Of a stretch of 64,000 bases of DNA, positions 1 to 11,442 are shown piece by piece (within the stretch, counting starts at the first letter, position 1; each line of letters opens with the position of its first letter). The stretch is from Lobosporangium transversale (taxonomy: Eukaryota): assembly GCF_002105155.1 (NCBI RefSeq), contig NW_019029016.1, positions 124,001 through 188,000 of the forward strand. The letters run 5' to 3'. Under the pieces are notes generated by a model that was not told the origin of the DNA, searched no databases, and saw nothing but the letters and a program-made list of their open reading frames with translations. The translations under genes and the position numbers were made by a program.

Positions 1-2870
1 CACCTCAATAGCTTTTCGGAATTCAGGGACAGTTGCTTTATCGATGTCAGTTGACCAAGTGAAAGAAAACTTATTCTCTTTTTTAAGATGGATTGCAAAG
101 GCTAAATATTTATTGGTAAAAAACATTGATCAGTCTCTTCATTCGAAAGAGCAAAAACATCCATGTGACAAAGATTTAAAGATTTACTTATTGATTAATG
201 ATCCAACCACTCCATCGTAGCGGTTTTGAAGCTTGATTGGACATTCGCAACTTTTTCTGGGTTGATCCCTCTACCATTTGCATCGATGACGAACCCGAGC
301 AATAAAACTTCCATGCGGAGGAAATTACTTTTTTCCTTATTGATAATTAAGTGGCACTTGTCAGTAGTTTAATTTAATCACCAGTTTGACATGTTCAGTG
401 TGCTCTTCAATGCTGCCGGAGAAAATGACAATGTCATCCACGCAAACGCTAACGAAGTGAAGATCTCCAAGCAATTGAGACATTCCTCTTTAGAATATAC
501 TGGTCATAGGCTTCAATCCAAATGGAGCACGAGCAAACATATATTGTTTATTCAGGTGCTTAAATGCCGTGTAGGGTTGGCTCTTCTCGTCTAGAGGTAA
601 TCCGTGGTGTATGCTTGCGACAAGTCAATTGTAGTAAAATACATATGACCTGTAGCTCGTTCCAATATCTCGGAAATTATAGGGATAGGAAAGTATCAAT
701 ATCCACGAGCTGCTTATTCATCGTTCTTGGGTCAAAGCAGACTCTGTATTTAATAATTTCGCCTTCTAAGTTCTTCCTTGCCGCAAGCGTAAGAGAGCTG
801 TTGTAGGGTTTACCCTTAGGTGCCTCAACGATAACTCCATCGTCTAATCATTTCTGTACGGTTGTATTGACTTCCATTTCTACTTGCGCGTAGAACCTAC
901 GAGAGCGTTCTTGAATCACGCAGTCATCTCTGACTTTTAGATGGACTCGCATAATGTCTAATGGGCAGTGACTCTTAGGGCCAATCTGGCTTTCGGAGCA
1001 AAGGAAGGGCTCAATGGCTAATAAGAACTGCTTCTTCTGTTCGATGAATTCAGCTTCTAACTCTTGGTCTTTCAAAGTAGAGGGTACAAGTAGTGGTTTA
1101 TTTTCATCAGTTAAGGAATCATCTGCTTTTTCAACAACAGTCGTAGCTATGCCATGGATCCCAAAGCCGAAGCGGTAAAATAGATCCATTCCGATGAGGA
1201 AGTCGTAATAGCCCAGAGGCATAACGCTGACTATGCATTCTACTGTCCGATGATTACAAGAGAGAGTAATAGCATCTACTGTGCCGACATTGTGAAAACC
1301 AGTAGTGTCGTCTGCAAATTTAATTACAGTATTTTTCGAGGTCGCGGTCCTTAATTTGAGACCTTTAGCAACTTCTCGATTAATGAAGGATACATTGGAA
1401 CCAGGCTGGGATACGTCGTTGCTCAACAACTTGGCCAGACATATTTTTTCGATATGCATCCATATATCGAAAGCACTTCCTTGCGTATTTTCGAATGGTG
1501 ATGATGTCCACTGAGCTTAAAGCCTTTGGGATGGTCTCCTGTAGCCCATTGAATGTGTAATCGCAATTTGCTCTGGTGTATCGCTTGCTTGCGCCCCAAA
1601 ACATTTCAATGAAGTTCAATTCGCAATGGAATTTTGGATAGAAAATGACTTGCTGTCCGTGTTTCTTTGCAATTTCTTCCAAAAATGATCGTTGTGCCTG
1701 AAAGTCCGGCTGCAGCTTCAAGATACGAGTAGGCAACATGAATCTCTGAAAACAGAGTGATCACTCTCCTTACAGCTCGCGCATATCTTCTTGAGCCCCT
1801 CCCTCCAAAGCTTTCTTTCAATGAGAACCCGTTTCATCCCTTTTGGTTGGTTTCGCATTTCTGGCCTGTATATATGGGTGTCATTGATCCTTCCTGTTGG
1901 TTCGATTTCCAGATGAAGGACGGGATGAACTCCTGTCGTAGAGAATGAGCCCTTATTAGTCTGCAATCCTTTTGTAGTAAAGTTATTGATGAACCAAGCA
2001 CAGGGATTATTCTTTTCACCCGTGAGGACGCTTGGATTCGCTCTAATAAAATCTAGCAAATGACCTACGTCTTCTATAGCGTCTAAGGACTTGAATTCTC
2101 CGAAGACTCTTTCTTGTCCAGCATCAGCCAACGCCGTTATGATTTTGCCGTAAAGGAGCACACCCATGGGCTGCAGCCCTCCAGCCTCAACAATCGACTC
2201 TATTCTGTCTGCGAAGGTATTTGCATCTTCATGTGGCAAGACAGTAAGGTCTGTTATCTGGCAAGTGATCCAGGATCGGATTAAATCGAGCTTCAGGATC
2301 GAATGGATGCTCCTTTTGACTTGCTTCCACGAGCGATCGCCATAGGCTTCTGTCTTTATCAGGCGATTGTACCTGCTGTCCAAGCGGATCTGTTCTAGAG
2401 CAAATCCCATGTATCGCCAGGCTAAGTCCTCGAAGAGATCGTCCGTCAAGAAGTTATGATAGTATGTCTCGAAAGCCTTGAGGAAGTCGATAACGGTTCT
2501 TGCCACCTTTAGAGCTATCTCTTTCTCAGGTACATTGTCCAACTGGAATTTAAGCGTAGGGGCATTTGCCTTCTTTTCCAACTGGACCCTTGAGAAGTCG
2601 ATTTCTTTGGTAATCATGTCTAGGACAGGGATCCGTTTGTAGTTGAAAACTCGGATCAATGCAGCATGTTTCTTGATTTCGTAATCAGGCGCGATATCAA
2701 GACTACCGCTGTCCTGCATATCAACTTCGCTGGGAGAAGAATCGGCTCGTTGCTTGACAATCAGGTGGCGTTCCATGCTGATGGCTTCCTGGGCTTCAAG
2801 GTGATCCTTGATTAGCTTGTAATGAGCTTCAGCCGCGTCATAGTCTTCTTGTATTAATAAAAATTGTTTG
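1..2870 (-). mobile_element. Degenerate Ty3/gypsy-like LTR retrotransposon relic (gag-like ~1935-2870, aspartic protease ~1100-1405, RT fragments 1-840)
   Basis: Protease-like '[18 protein letters not shown]...KFADDT' in ORF 848..1459. Minus-strand RT fragments 'YNSSLTLAARKNLEGEIIKYRVCFDPR' and 'CVDDIVIFS' (YxDD-like) carry stops and frameshifts. Gag-like helical ORF 1718..2896. No LTR identified. Confidence 0.75.
1406..1900 (-). mobile_element. IS630/Tc1-mariner-like DDE transposase C-terminal fragment nested in the gypsy relic
   Basis: 'QPKGMKRVLIERKLW...C..C...CC' followed, after a frameshift, by '[12 protein letters not shown]...[17 protein letters not shown]...RYMDAY', matching the ELNPIE-type motif of this family. 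Boundaries approximate. Confidence 0.7.
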
Positions 2871-2924
2871 ACGCCAATGAAATCATGCCAATACAAAGAA
2901 CTAATATAAAAAGCAACTGCTTAC

Positions 2925-3492
2925 CCGGGCGTTCAACCATGATATTATCCATCGAGCCAGGACCATATATGTGTAATCTTCTTTTGTTACCGAATAGAGC
3001 GAAAATCCAGAAAACCACCGTAAATAAAAGAAGTCATATAAAATCTGCTCGACTACCTAGTAAATCTGCATCTTCTTGGTAGTGAGCAAGAACAGAAAAT
3101 GAAAACCCAAAGGGAGGCTGAAAAGGGCGGGACATATATGATCCTGGCTCTCGGATAATAAGCTTAAGTCGTCGTGTTATTCGACTTGGCCAGCTATGAA
3201 TTGTGTTTTTAGGAGGTGCAGCAAAGACATGTGAGATTTCAACTATTGGGTCCCCAAGCTCAAACAGTGTACTATCGTTTTCCTCTTTTAAACTGGTGAG
3301 AGTAATTTGTCTTGTTGGGGACGATGGAATGGAGACGTGGAAGAGCTTTAAAGTGTGGGCATCCATGTCTCTAAAGTCATTGATTCTCTTCTTTTTAATT
3401 GCATCTTTAAGATCGCCGACAGTGTCATCGATTGAGACATCAATTGGGAATGGCGAAGATACTCCATCAATGATGCAAAAGAGTTTGTGCAT
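2925..3492 (-). pseudogene. Crinkler (CRN) N-terminal ubiquitin-like domain exon, interrupted by a mini-DIRS
   Basis: 'MHKLFCIIDG...FPIDVSIDDTVGDLKDAIK...LKLFHV' (LxLFLAK-like). Removing 2944-3195 restores 'PPKNTIHIMVERP' (HVLVxxP motif) followed by a GTAAG donor at 2924. Confidence 0.85.
2944..3195 (+). mobile_element. Non-autonomous mini-DIRS copy 1 (left end + ITR + spacer + right end, no ORFs)
   Basis: Starts ATTATCCATCGAGCCAGGACCATATATGTG, as does the DIRS at 56955. Diverged homolog of 15508-15768. Ends ...GACTTGGCCAGCT. Precise removal restores the host reading frame. Confidence 0.85.
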
Positions 3493-4633
3493 TTCAGGGG
3501 TGAAGATCAATGAGAAGGGTTGAGCAGTAATGATTGTTTACATGAAGATTTGTATGACTGTTTTTTAAAGTATGCACCAAGCTAGATACCATGGCTTCGC
3601 CACGGCCTTCTCTTGCCTCGCTAGAAATTTCATGACGACAAAATAAAGCGTTACCATTTATAACTTTTATTGACTGACTTTTTATATTTATCTCATTCAA
3701 ACACATTTACCTCTCAGCGATATTGAAAATGCTCCGCCACCATTCTCTCATGGTTATCAATTCAGGAACATTTCTTTCCTGTCTATTTACAAATAAGCTT
3801 GGGCCTACACAATGAGCAACAAAAGCATTTACTTATTTTTTTATTCAACTCATACAATCAAAGTTTTGGTAGAAAACCATTCAGCTATTCTCAGCTTTTG
3901 CCTTCCCCTTTTTCTGAGTCAAGGAACTTGACCCAGAGGATACTTAGCTTCTAAATCTTGTGTTCTCGTTAAAAGAGCTTTGATAGTCTTTTCTTGCTCG
4001 AGAATAGTCTTGTCTAGATCATCAATCCTGTTGTATGCACCTCGGACCCCTTTCACTCCAATCATGATTTTCGAAAGTTGTTTCATGCATCAATATAGAT
4101 CGCAGTAGAGAACTGAAAACCTTTTTTTTTTTTTTTTTTTTTGATGACAGAATGAAAGCCTTGGTTGGTTCTTGTCAGGCAGAACTTTACTCATATGAGC
4201 ACTCGCGCAGTATCTACTCAATAGAGCGGCGTGAATTTATGATAAATGGTGACATCAAAGGTGGCAACGGTCAAGTCAGTTCACTCGTGTTCAGCTTGCA
4301 GCCGTCCGCTGAACACAGCTGTGCCATCAAAGCAGAAAGAATGAGCGTTGATAGACTAATGCCACAGAATTATTTGTATTTCCGCCATGACGCCCTCGGT
4401 CAGATGTTCGCTATTTTCTGGTTGGTCAAAACATTTACACGGCAGAAAAGGGAAGCAGACATTGTCCACCTTGGTAAAATTAACCTTTTAATGAGTATGC
4501 AAAGAGCTATTGAGTCAAATATAATGAGTAGTACAAAATAGTGCATTGTATAGACATATAAGAAAAAAAAAGGAAAAATAAAAAGGAAAAAAAAAAGGAA
4601 AAGAAAAAAAAAAGGAAAAGAAAAAAGAAAAAG

Positions 4634-5035
4634 AAAACGGCATAGCGGAAATTGAAAATCGATAATAAGCGCACCTGTGATATCATTTGTCAATTTTCAT
4701 ATGCTTACAAGGTGGAGAAAGCGAGTGTTAATATGCCTGTGCTCTGAATCTCGTCCATTTACTTTAGCTCGCTGTCTAAATAGATATTTCTTTCTTTGTT
4801 GCACCACCTTAGCATGCAGAGAGAGCAATGTGGCTCGTGCTCTGATTGCAGCCTAATATTGTTGTTTATATGATCTTGCAGATCTTGAAGACGGAAGACG
4901 GAATGTTAGCAGTGCTTTTCCCCACCTCCACCCATGAGTGCTTTCTCTTTTCCCTCTTGTATGCATATGAAAAATGACGGATGATATCATGTATTGCGCA
5001 TATTATCCATTTTCAAATTCCGCTACGCCGCTTTT
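4634..5035. repeat. Fold-back/MITE-like element with ~80-bp imperfect terminal inverted repeats (mirror copy ~27316-27717)
   Basis: 4634-4711 (CGGCATAGCGGAAATTGAAAAT...CATATGCTTACAAG) pairs with 4956-5035. A-rich and T-rich flanks extend the symmetry. Confidence 0.6.
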
Positions 5036-5299
5036 TTTTCTTTTTTTCTTTTTTTCCTTTTTTTTGGCCGCTCTAGAGCTCTAGAGCGTACAAAAAGCAA
5101 GATGCTTGATATATTCATTATTCAGTCAATACTCTGAAATCGCAAATTGGTTTCACTTATCATTTTTCCTGCGCGACTTCAAAAACCACTCATCATTCAT
5201 CCATTCGTCCTTTACACGCGAGTGCTTTCGATATAAAATAGACTTTTTTTTTCTTTTCTTTTCTTTTCTTTTCTTTCTTTCCCTTTTTCTCTTCTCTTC

Positions 5300-6650
5300 C
5301 AGTTCAGCCTCATCGACCAACATGAAAGGTAAGCAACACTCCACAAATATTCACCCTTACTAAAGTCCTAACTCTCTCACCTTATGCTGCACTGTACTTG
5401 TTCTGACTTTTCATTCCCTGTCTATCTCTCTTTCTCTCTCTTTCACACCACTGTTAGACCACAAATGATACAAACTTCTAGCCAGATACAGAGCAGAGCT
5501 AGGAAACACTCTGAACAACTCAACAGCAAACTACAGACCAGAAAAAGCAAAAAAAGCCTCACCTGGTCATTCACAGAAGAGCCCTCGCCGCTGTCATCAA
5601 GTAAGTATATAGATTATGTATGCCTTCGCTTTGTCTTGCTTGTGATTGTCCCTACCATCAAATAAGCTTAGCATACTTACAAAGTTATCTTCGTTCTTTT
5701 TTTTCGTCTTCCTCCTTCTAGCTGTAATAGGGGCCACTAGCCCTAGGCTCATGGCGACGATTGTCCCAAAGACTGCAATGGGCCCATGCAGTGCTTATCG
5801 AAATGGGGCGAAAGCGGAGCTGTAAGTACAATTTCTTTTAGAGTACATGTCGTGACTTTCTGTCTGTACTCTGCTGTGCTCTGATTACCAAATATTCTAA
5901 CCACGCGTGTTTTTTTTTGTCTTCTTCCCTTAAAGGCTCATCCGCTTGGGCTCTAGCCCGCCGGGCCCTCCATCGGGCCATCCTCCCGCCTGCCCGTCGA
6001 TCCCCTTCGCAGACCCCTCCGTCAAGCCCTCGCAACTCCTTGAAGGGGGATCATTGTAGTAGCTCTAGAGAGCCTCTAGCCTCTGGACCTTACTTTGATC
6101 CGAGTGCCCTTGGGGATTTCGCATAGGTAACAGATGACACACAGTTGTGGTCGTCTAAGTATGGTAAGTCAGTAACAGTGGCCTGTTTACTAGGCCTATA
6201 GAGCTCAAGTCTCGGCCCTCAAGGAGGTCCCCCCTCCAGCAGGATCAGGATCAGGACCAGGATCAGGATCAGGTGTTATCAAGGCCTGATAACACCTCAG
6301 GTAAGTATACATGCGCATACATAGCAAGGAGCATATTAACTTGATTCTACCATTGCTTTTGTTCTCTCTGTTTAGGTGGGATCTTGGCAACTCGGAGCTC
6401 TATAGTGTTTAGTAAATAGTTCATTGTTACTGACACCATACTTAGATCACCCCAATTAGCGAAGCTGCACCAGGCGCCTGGCTGTAGTGTGTAGTGCATG
6501 GCGTAGAGGCGTCATGTTGTGTGACCTGTTACCTGCCGTCTGAACCAAAGGTACTCTGGTCATAGTAGGGCTTCATAGGCTAGTCGTTCGATAGACTATT
6601 GCAATGAGACCTCTGCTTGGAGAAGCGAGAGCAAGGGTCATAAGGGGAGT
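5300..6650 (+). ncRNA. Putative spliced long-hairpin non-coding RNA locus
   Basis: Four canonical GTAAG...AG introns (5329-5457, 5601-5721, 5822-5935, 6301-6375) with no convincing spliced ORF. Nested imperfect stem from ~6001 to ~6650, rich in G-U pairs. Transcript ends unknown. Confidence 0.55.
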
Positions 6651-7118
6651 AGAGGGCCTTGAGGCATAAAACTAGATCGAAGAGCGCCATGCTTCGAATG
6701 CGGCTTGGAGCGCAGGGCCAACAGAAAGCAGACAGCAGCCGAGGGCCGAAAGCCAATAGTCAAGAGCCAGCAGTCAGCAGTCAACACCCAACATCCAATA
6801 GCAGAAAAAAAAAAAAAAGAAGCAAATAACCAAAACACAAAACAAAGAACACAAAACAAAGAACAAAAAAAAAAAGATAAAAAAAAAGATAAAAACCGAA
6901 ACACAGAGTAAAGAACAAAAAAGATGAGGAAAAGAAAAAAAGAAATAACTCAAAAAAAAACACTCAAAGTCAAAGGCAGCCTCAGCCAAAGCTATAACAG
7001 GCAATGGGACTTTTGCTTGGAGAAGCGAGGCCTACGGTCCATGGAGGAAAGCAGAAGGCCTGGGAAAGAGCATCAGACCGAGGTAGAGCGCCTGGAGAAA
7101 TAGCCTCAGAGCTAATAA

Positions 7119-7520
7119 CCAACAGCCAACAGCCAACAGCCAACAGCCAACAGCCAACAGCCAACAGTTAACAGCCAACGGTCATATAAAAACCCCAAAA
7201 AAACCAAAAAAAAAAAAAAAACCAAAAAAAAAAAAAAACTTCAAATGAAAATAAAAAAAAAAAATAAAAACTTCAAAAGAAAAAAAAAAAAAAAAAAAAA
7301 AAAAAAACCCCGAAGCCAGAAGCCAGAAGCCAGAAGCCAGAAGCCAAAGTCAGAAGCCAGAATCCAAAAGTCAAATGCCAGAAGCCAAATGCCAGAAGTC
7401 GGAAGTCAAAAGATCGAAGCCAGAAGCCAAAAGTCAGAAGCCAGAACCCAGAAGCCAAATGCCAGAACCCAGAACCCAGAAGTCAAAAGCCAGAAGCCAG
7501 GAACCCAAAAGTCAGAAACC
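7119..7520 (+). repeat. Heptamer tandem arrays (CCAACAG)n and degenerate (GCCAGAA)n separated by poly-A tracts (mirror ~24828-25232)
   Basis: Directly visible tandem units. Confidence 0.9.
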
Positions 7521-10500
7521 AAAAATTAGCAGATAGCAGTCACATCACTGCAAAAAAAAAAAAAAAAAAAAAAGCCAACCAGCTCACTCCACTCAACCAA
7601 AAGAAACCTCATTGAAAACCAGCCAAGGCCCAAAGTCGGTAGACGGTTGGCTCAGCCATAGCAGCTAGAGACTGCCTCAGCAAAATTAAAGACAGAAAAC
7701 CTTAGTCAAAGCAATCGAAGGCAGCCAGGCAACCACAATTAATCAAACACAGTTTGCTGCAATCAAGGAAATCAAAGACTACCAAAGCCAAAGTCGACCA
7801 AGGGCAACCTATAAGAGTCCCGATAATCAAAGGCAGTCAACCAAGGGAAGCTAACCCAAAGCCAGGCCACTAGGGCCAGTCAACCAAGGTTTCCAAGGCC
7901 AGTTAGCCAAGGCGCCATCAAAGAATATGCTAAAAAGCAACATCAAAAGAATCCAAGCCGACTAGGAAATGTTCGGTTCATGCAAACGTACCATGGGCAT
8001 CGCCACTCTTGGGCCAGGATGCAGCTTGGAAACCACAGCATAGTAAACAATTAACAATAAATATTAAAAGGCAAGATCAGACACAATGATCTTTGTCTTT
8101 TGTCTGAAAATGTGATGGATCTATGACTATTGTGAATGCGAAATAGGAATAGAATGTTGGTAGCGATAATCAATAGTAAAGCCAATGGATTAAGCTGTGC
8201 CAGCTATCGGTAGCAAGCTACTCGGTAATATATAGCTGGCTATATACTTACATTCACTCATCCACGGCCTTGAAGAGCAACCCAATCAAGCACATGAATA
8301 CCTTAGTGGAGTTGTGGACGTGTATTGTTACAGGCGCTTACCGTGTTACAGTGCGTTCACATTTGCACTGTCTGTGCCCTCATTGACTACAGCAGTTAGT
8401 AAAGGAGACCATCTTCTTTATCCTCTTCTTCTATTCTCTTTCTTCACTCTTAACAAGAGATGGGATAGACTATGTGGGAATTATACTTTGGCAGATTGCC
8501 GTTTTTCCAGAGTTTGATAGAAGATAGCACATGACAATCCTCAAGATACCTCTGCGCCTTTTAATTTTAATTTCTATATTTTCATGCAAGACAATATGGA
8601 ATATGTAGATTAATGATTAGATTTTATAACTTCTTTGTTTGAAGGCGAAATAAAGTATCAACGTTTATGTATCGACCAATAAAAGGCATCCAACCGTGTC
8701 GAGGGAATGACGTGTTGTATCTCCTTGGCGTTCCGAAAGTTAAAAAAAAGGAAAAGTCTGTTCGAACAAAAATTGCTAAAGCACAGTTCCCACGATATAC
8801 ACAAACGACATGGCATACACGTGAGTATCAACAGTATCAACATTTCCATGAGCAACGCTGCTTTATGAGCCCTCTTTAGTGCTATACCATGCTGCCTTGG
8901 CCATCTTTTGTCCACTTGGTATTTCTCCACATTATTGTTTCACTGTCATCAAAGAGAGTGCTATATAAAAGAAAGGGCAAAATTAGGGATAAATAATAAA
9001 AATGTACATGAAGGATAATACCGCCGCCTCGCACCATGACTGTATGGACATGACTAATATTGATGTGTGGCTGTTTGCTCTCAGAGACAGGTTGCCATCA
9101 TTCATGTGGCATCTGGAAGTAAAAAAGGTCAATTTTATCGAGATGGACAATGTGTCCCTTGTCTGCCGTGTGAATATTCAGATTCAAAATGGACTCTGAC
9201 CAACCAGAAAAAAGAGTGTTCAAACGAACATCTGACTGAAGGTGTCATGGTGGAAAAATAAATGACATTGCGGCGTTCCCTCTGAACGCGTTATCTCTTT
9301 AGATTTTCAATACTACTTTATCTCATTCGTTTAATATTACAACCTACCCACCCACAATGACTTTCTTTATTGCTGGAGAATGATAGTTATCAGTATTTAT
9401 TATTATTTAACATTTGGCAGCAGGGATGCTCAGTTCCTTTGCGTCGCTGTAAAATATCGTATCGACAACACAAATGGAAACAACAAGTATAAAAAATCGA
9501 TAGCTATAAAGGAATAAAAATATGCTATACCAACTGAGCTATTCTCAAAAGGGTCAACAGCCGAGTCGTTTGCCGAGATTTAGGCAGCAGGTCACAGTCT
9601 GTCCAATCCTGATCCTAAAAAACAAATGGAAATAGACCTTACTTTACCCCTTTCACTCCAATCATGGTTTTCAAAAGCTGTTTTCATGCATCAATATAAG
9701 CCGCAGTAGAGAACTCTTTAATCTTATTTGTTGAGGGCAAAAAAATGAAAGCCTTTCATTTTGGATGACCGAATGAAAGCCCTGGTTGGTTTTTGTCATG
9801 CAGAACTTTGCTCACATGAGCACTCGCGCAGTATCTACTCAATAGAGCGGCGTGAATTTATGATAAACGATGACATCAAAGGTGGCAACGGTCAAGTCAG
9901 TTCACTCGTGTTCAGCTTGCAGTCGTCCGCTGAACACAGCTGTGTCAGCAAAGCAGAAAGAATGAACGTTGATAGTCTGGTTGTAACTGAAAGTGTATGT
10001 GTGTATGCTGTGAGAGAGGGGCAACAAGTCAGTCATACGTCTTTTTTTTTGTATAAATACCTCTCCTTTTCACACATACACACTCAACTCTCTTTTCTTT
10101 TTACATTTCATTTGCAGAAAAGAATCTTCACATAAACACACTCTATTCATATCTCATATCTCTTTTTTCCCATTGAATAAACACCGCCCTGCATCACCTA
10201 TAGTCACTCTCTTTTATTTTATTTTTTTTAAAAAGCCCTTGTCCCCATAATCAGTTCAGCTTTTAACAGTACCCACTTATCAGCACGACTCAGCAGCGAG
10301 TCAACTATCGATTCACAAATATAAGGTAACTACATGTAATAAGCATAACAACACCGTTTCCGAGATGTGATGTTACCAACTTTGCCACCACTTTACATCA
10401 TTGTGCAATTCTTTTTTTCTCTAATGTTACCGAGAAGAAAAGTACAGGGTGTTGAAGTTATCATATTGAAATCTAAAGCCTAAAGGCTTTGGGAGCCTCA

Positions 10501-10676
10501 AGACGCGTGTCATTGAAAACTGAAATAAAGAAAATCTAACTTTTGTTTAATTCTATTGGCATTTCCATAGCATCTGTCACCTCTATCAAAAGAGTCGCTA
10601 TTGACCTATTGTTTGGGTTTATGTTCATCACAAGGCTCATGCCCCTGCAACACACCCTAGCAGAGCAACTGTAGCA

Positions 10677-11387
10677 ATGAGCGGCGAGGACCATATTCCG
10701 GCAGAGGGAGCCAAGACTCCGTCGCGTAAAACTAAGACTAAATCACACAGTAAGTTTGTTTACATCTTTTTATTTCCTTTTGTGATGTCCATAATAGGAA
10801 ATGTACCGTTCGATACCATTTAGTTATCCAGTATTCCAATGCTCACCCATAGAGTACTCATTCTTTTTATTTATTATTACTCTTTTCGGTGATTATTAAA
10901 ATGGTTTGTGGTGATTCAGCTGGCACTCCAGTCCAGCAGCGACGTAGCGATAGAATTCGCACGAAGATGGCTGCAATTGTTAAAGATGGTAAGCATTATA
11001 TATATATAGATACACTGAAAGAAATTCACGATAGACAATAGACTGACGTTAATGTTTTTCTTTTCTTTTTTTTTTTTTTCTTTAATAAAGTGGGGGACTC
11101 AATCACACCCCCACATAGGTCTTATATTCACTCCAAGTTCCCATCACATATGGGACTTCTCGGTACCTCTGCGTCTCCGAGAGGAGTCGAATTAGACCAA
11201 TATAAAAGAAGGCTTCAGTTTAAGAGCGGTACGCGAAGCAACCTGACGCTGACAGACGCATATAGGAACTTTGAAAGGGATGTCAAAGTCCAAGAGTTCC
11301 ATGCGGATCAGCGGGGCAAACGCAACAGTGCCCATTTAAAAAACCGTGGTTGTAAGTTATCTATCTATTTGTTTTCTTCAATTCTAT

Positions 11388-11442
<55 letters not shown>

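Noticed and set aside
7119..7520. Interstitial telomere repeats
   Set aside because: The units do not resemble TTAGGG-type telomeric repeats.
6638..7529. Lys-rich and Phe-rich small proteins (also 4400-4693, 5106-5363, 34141-34749 and mirrors)
   Set aside because: Translations of homopolymer tracts and heptamer repeats.
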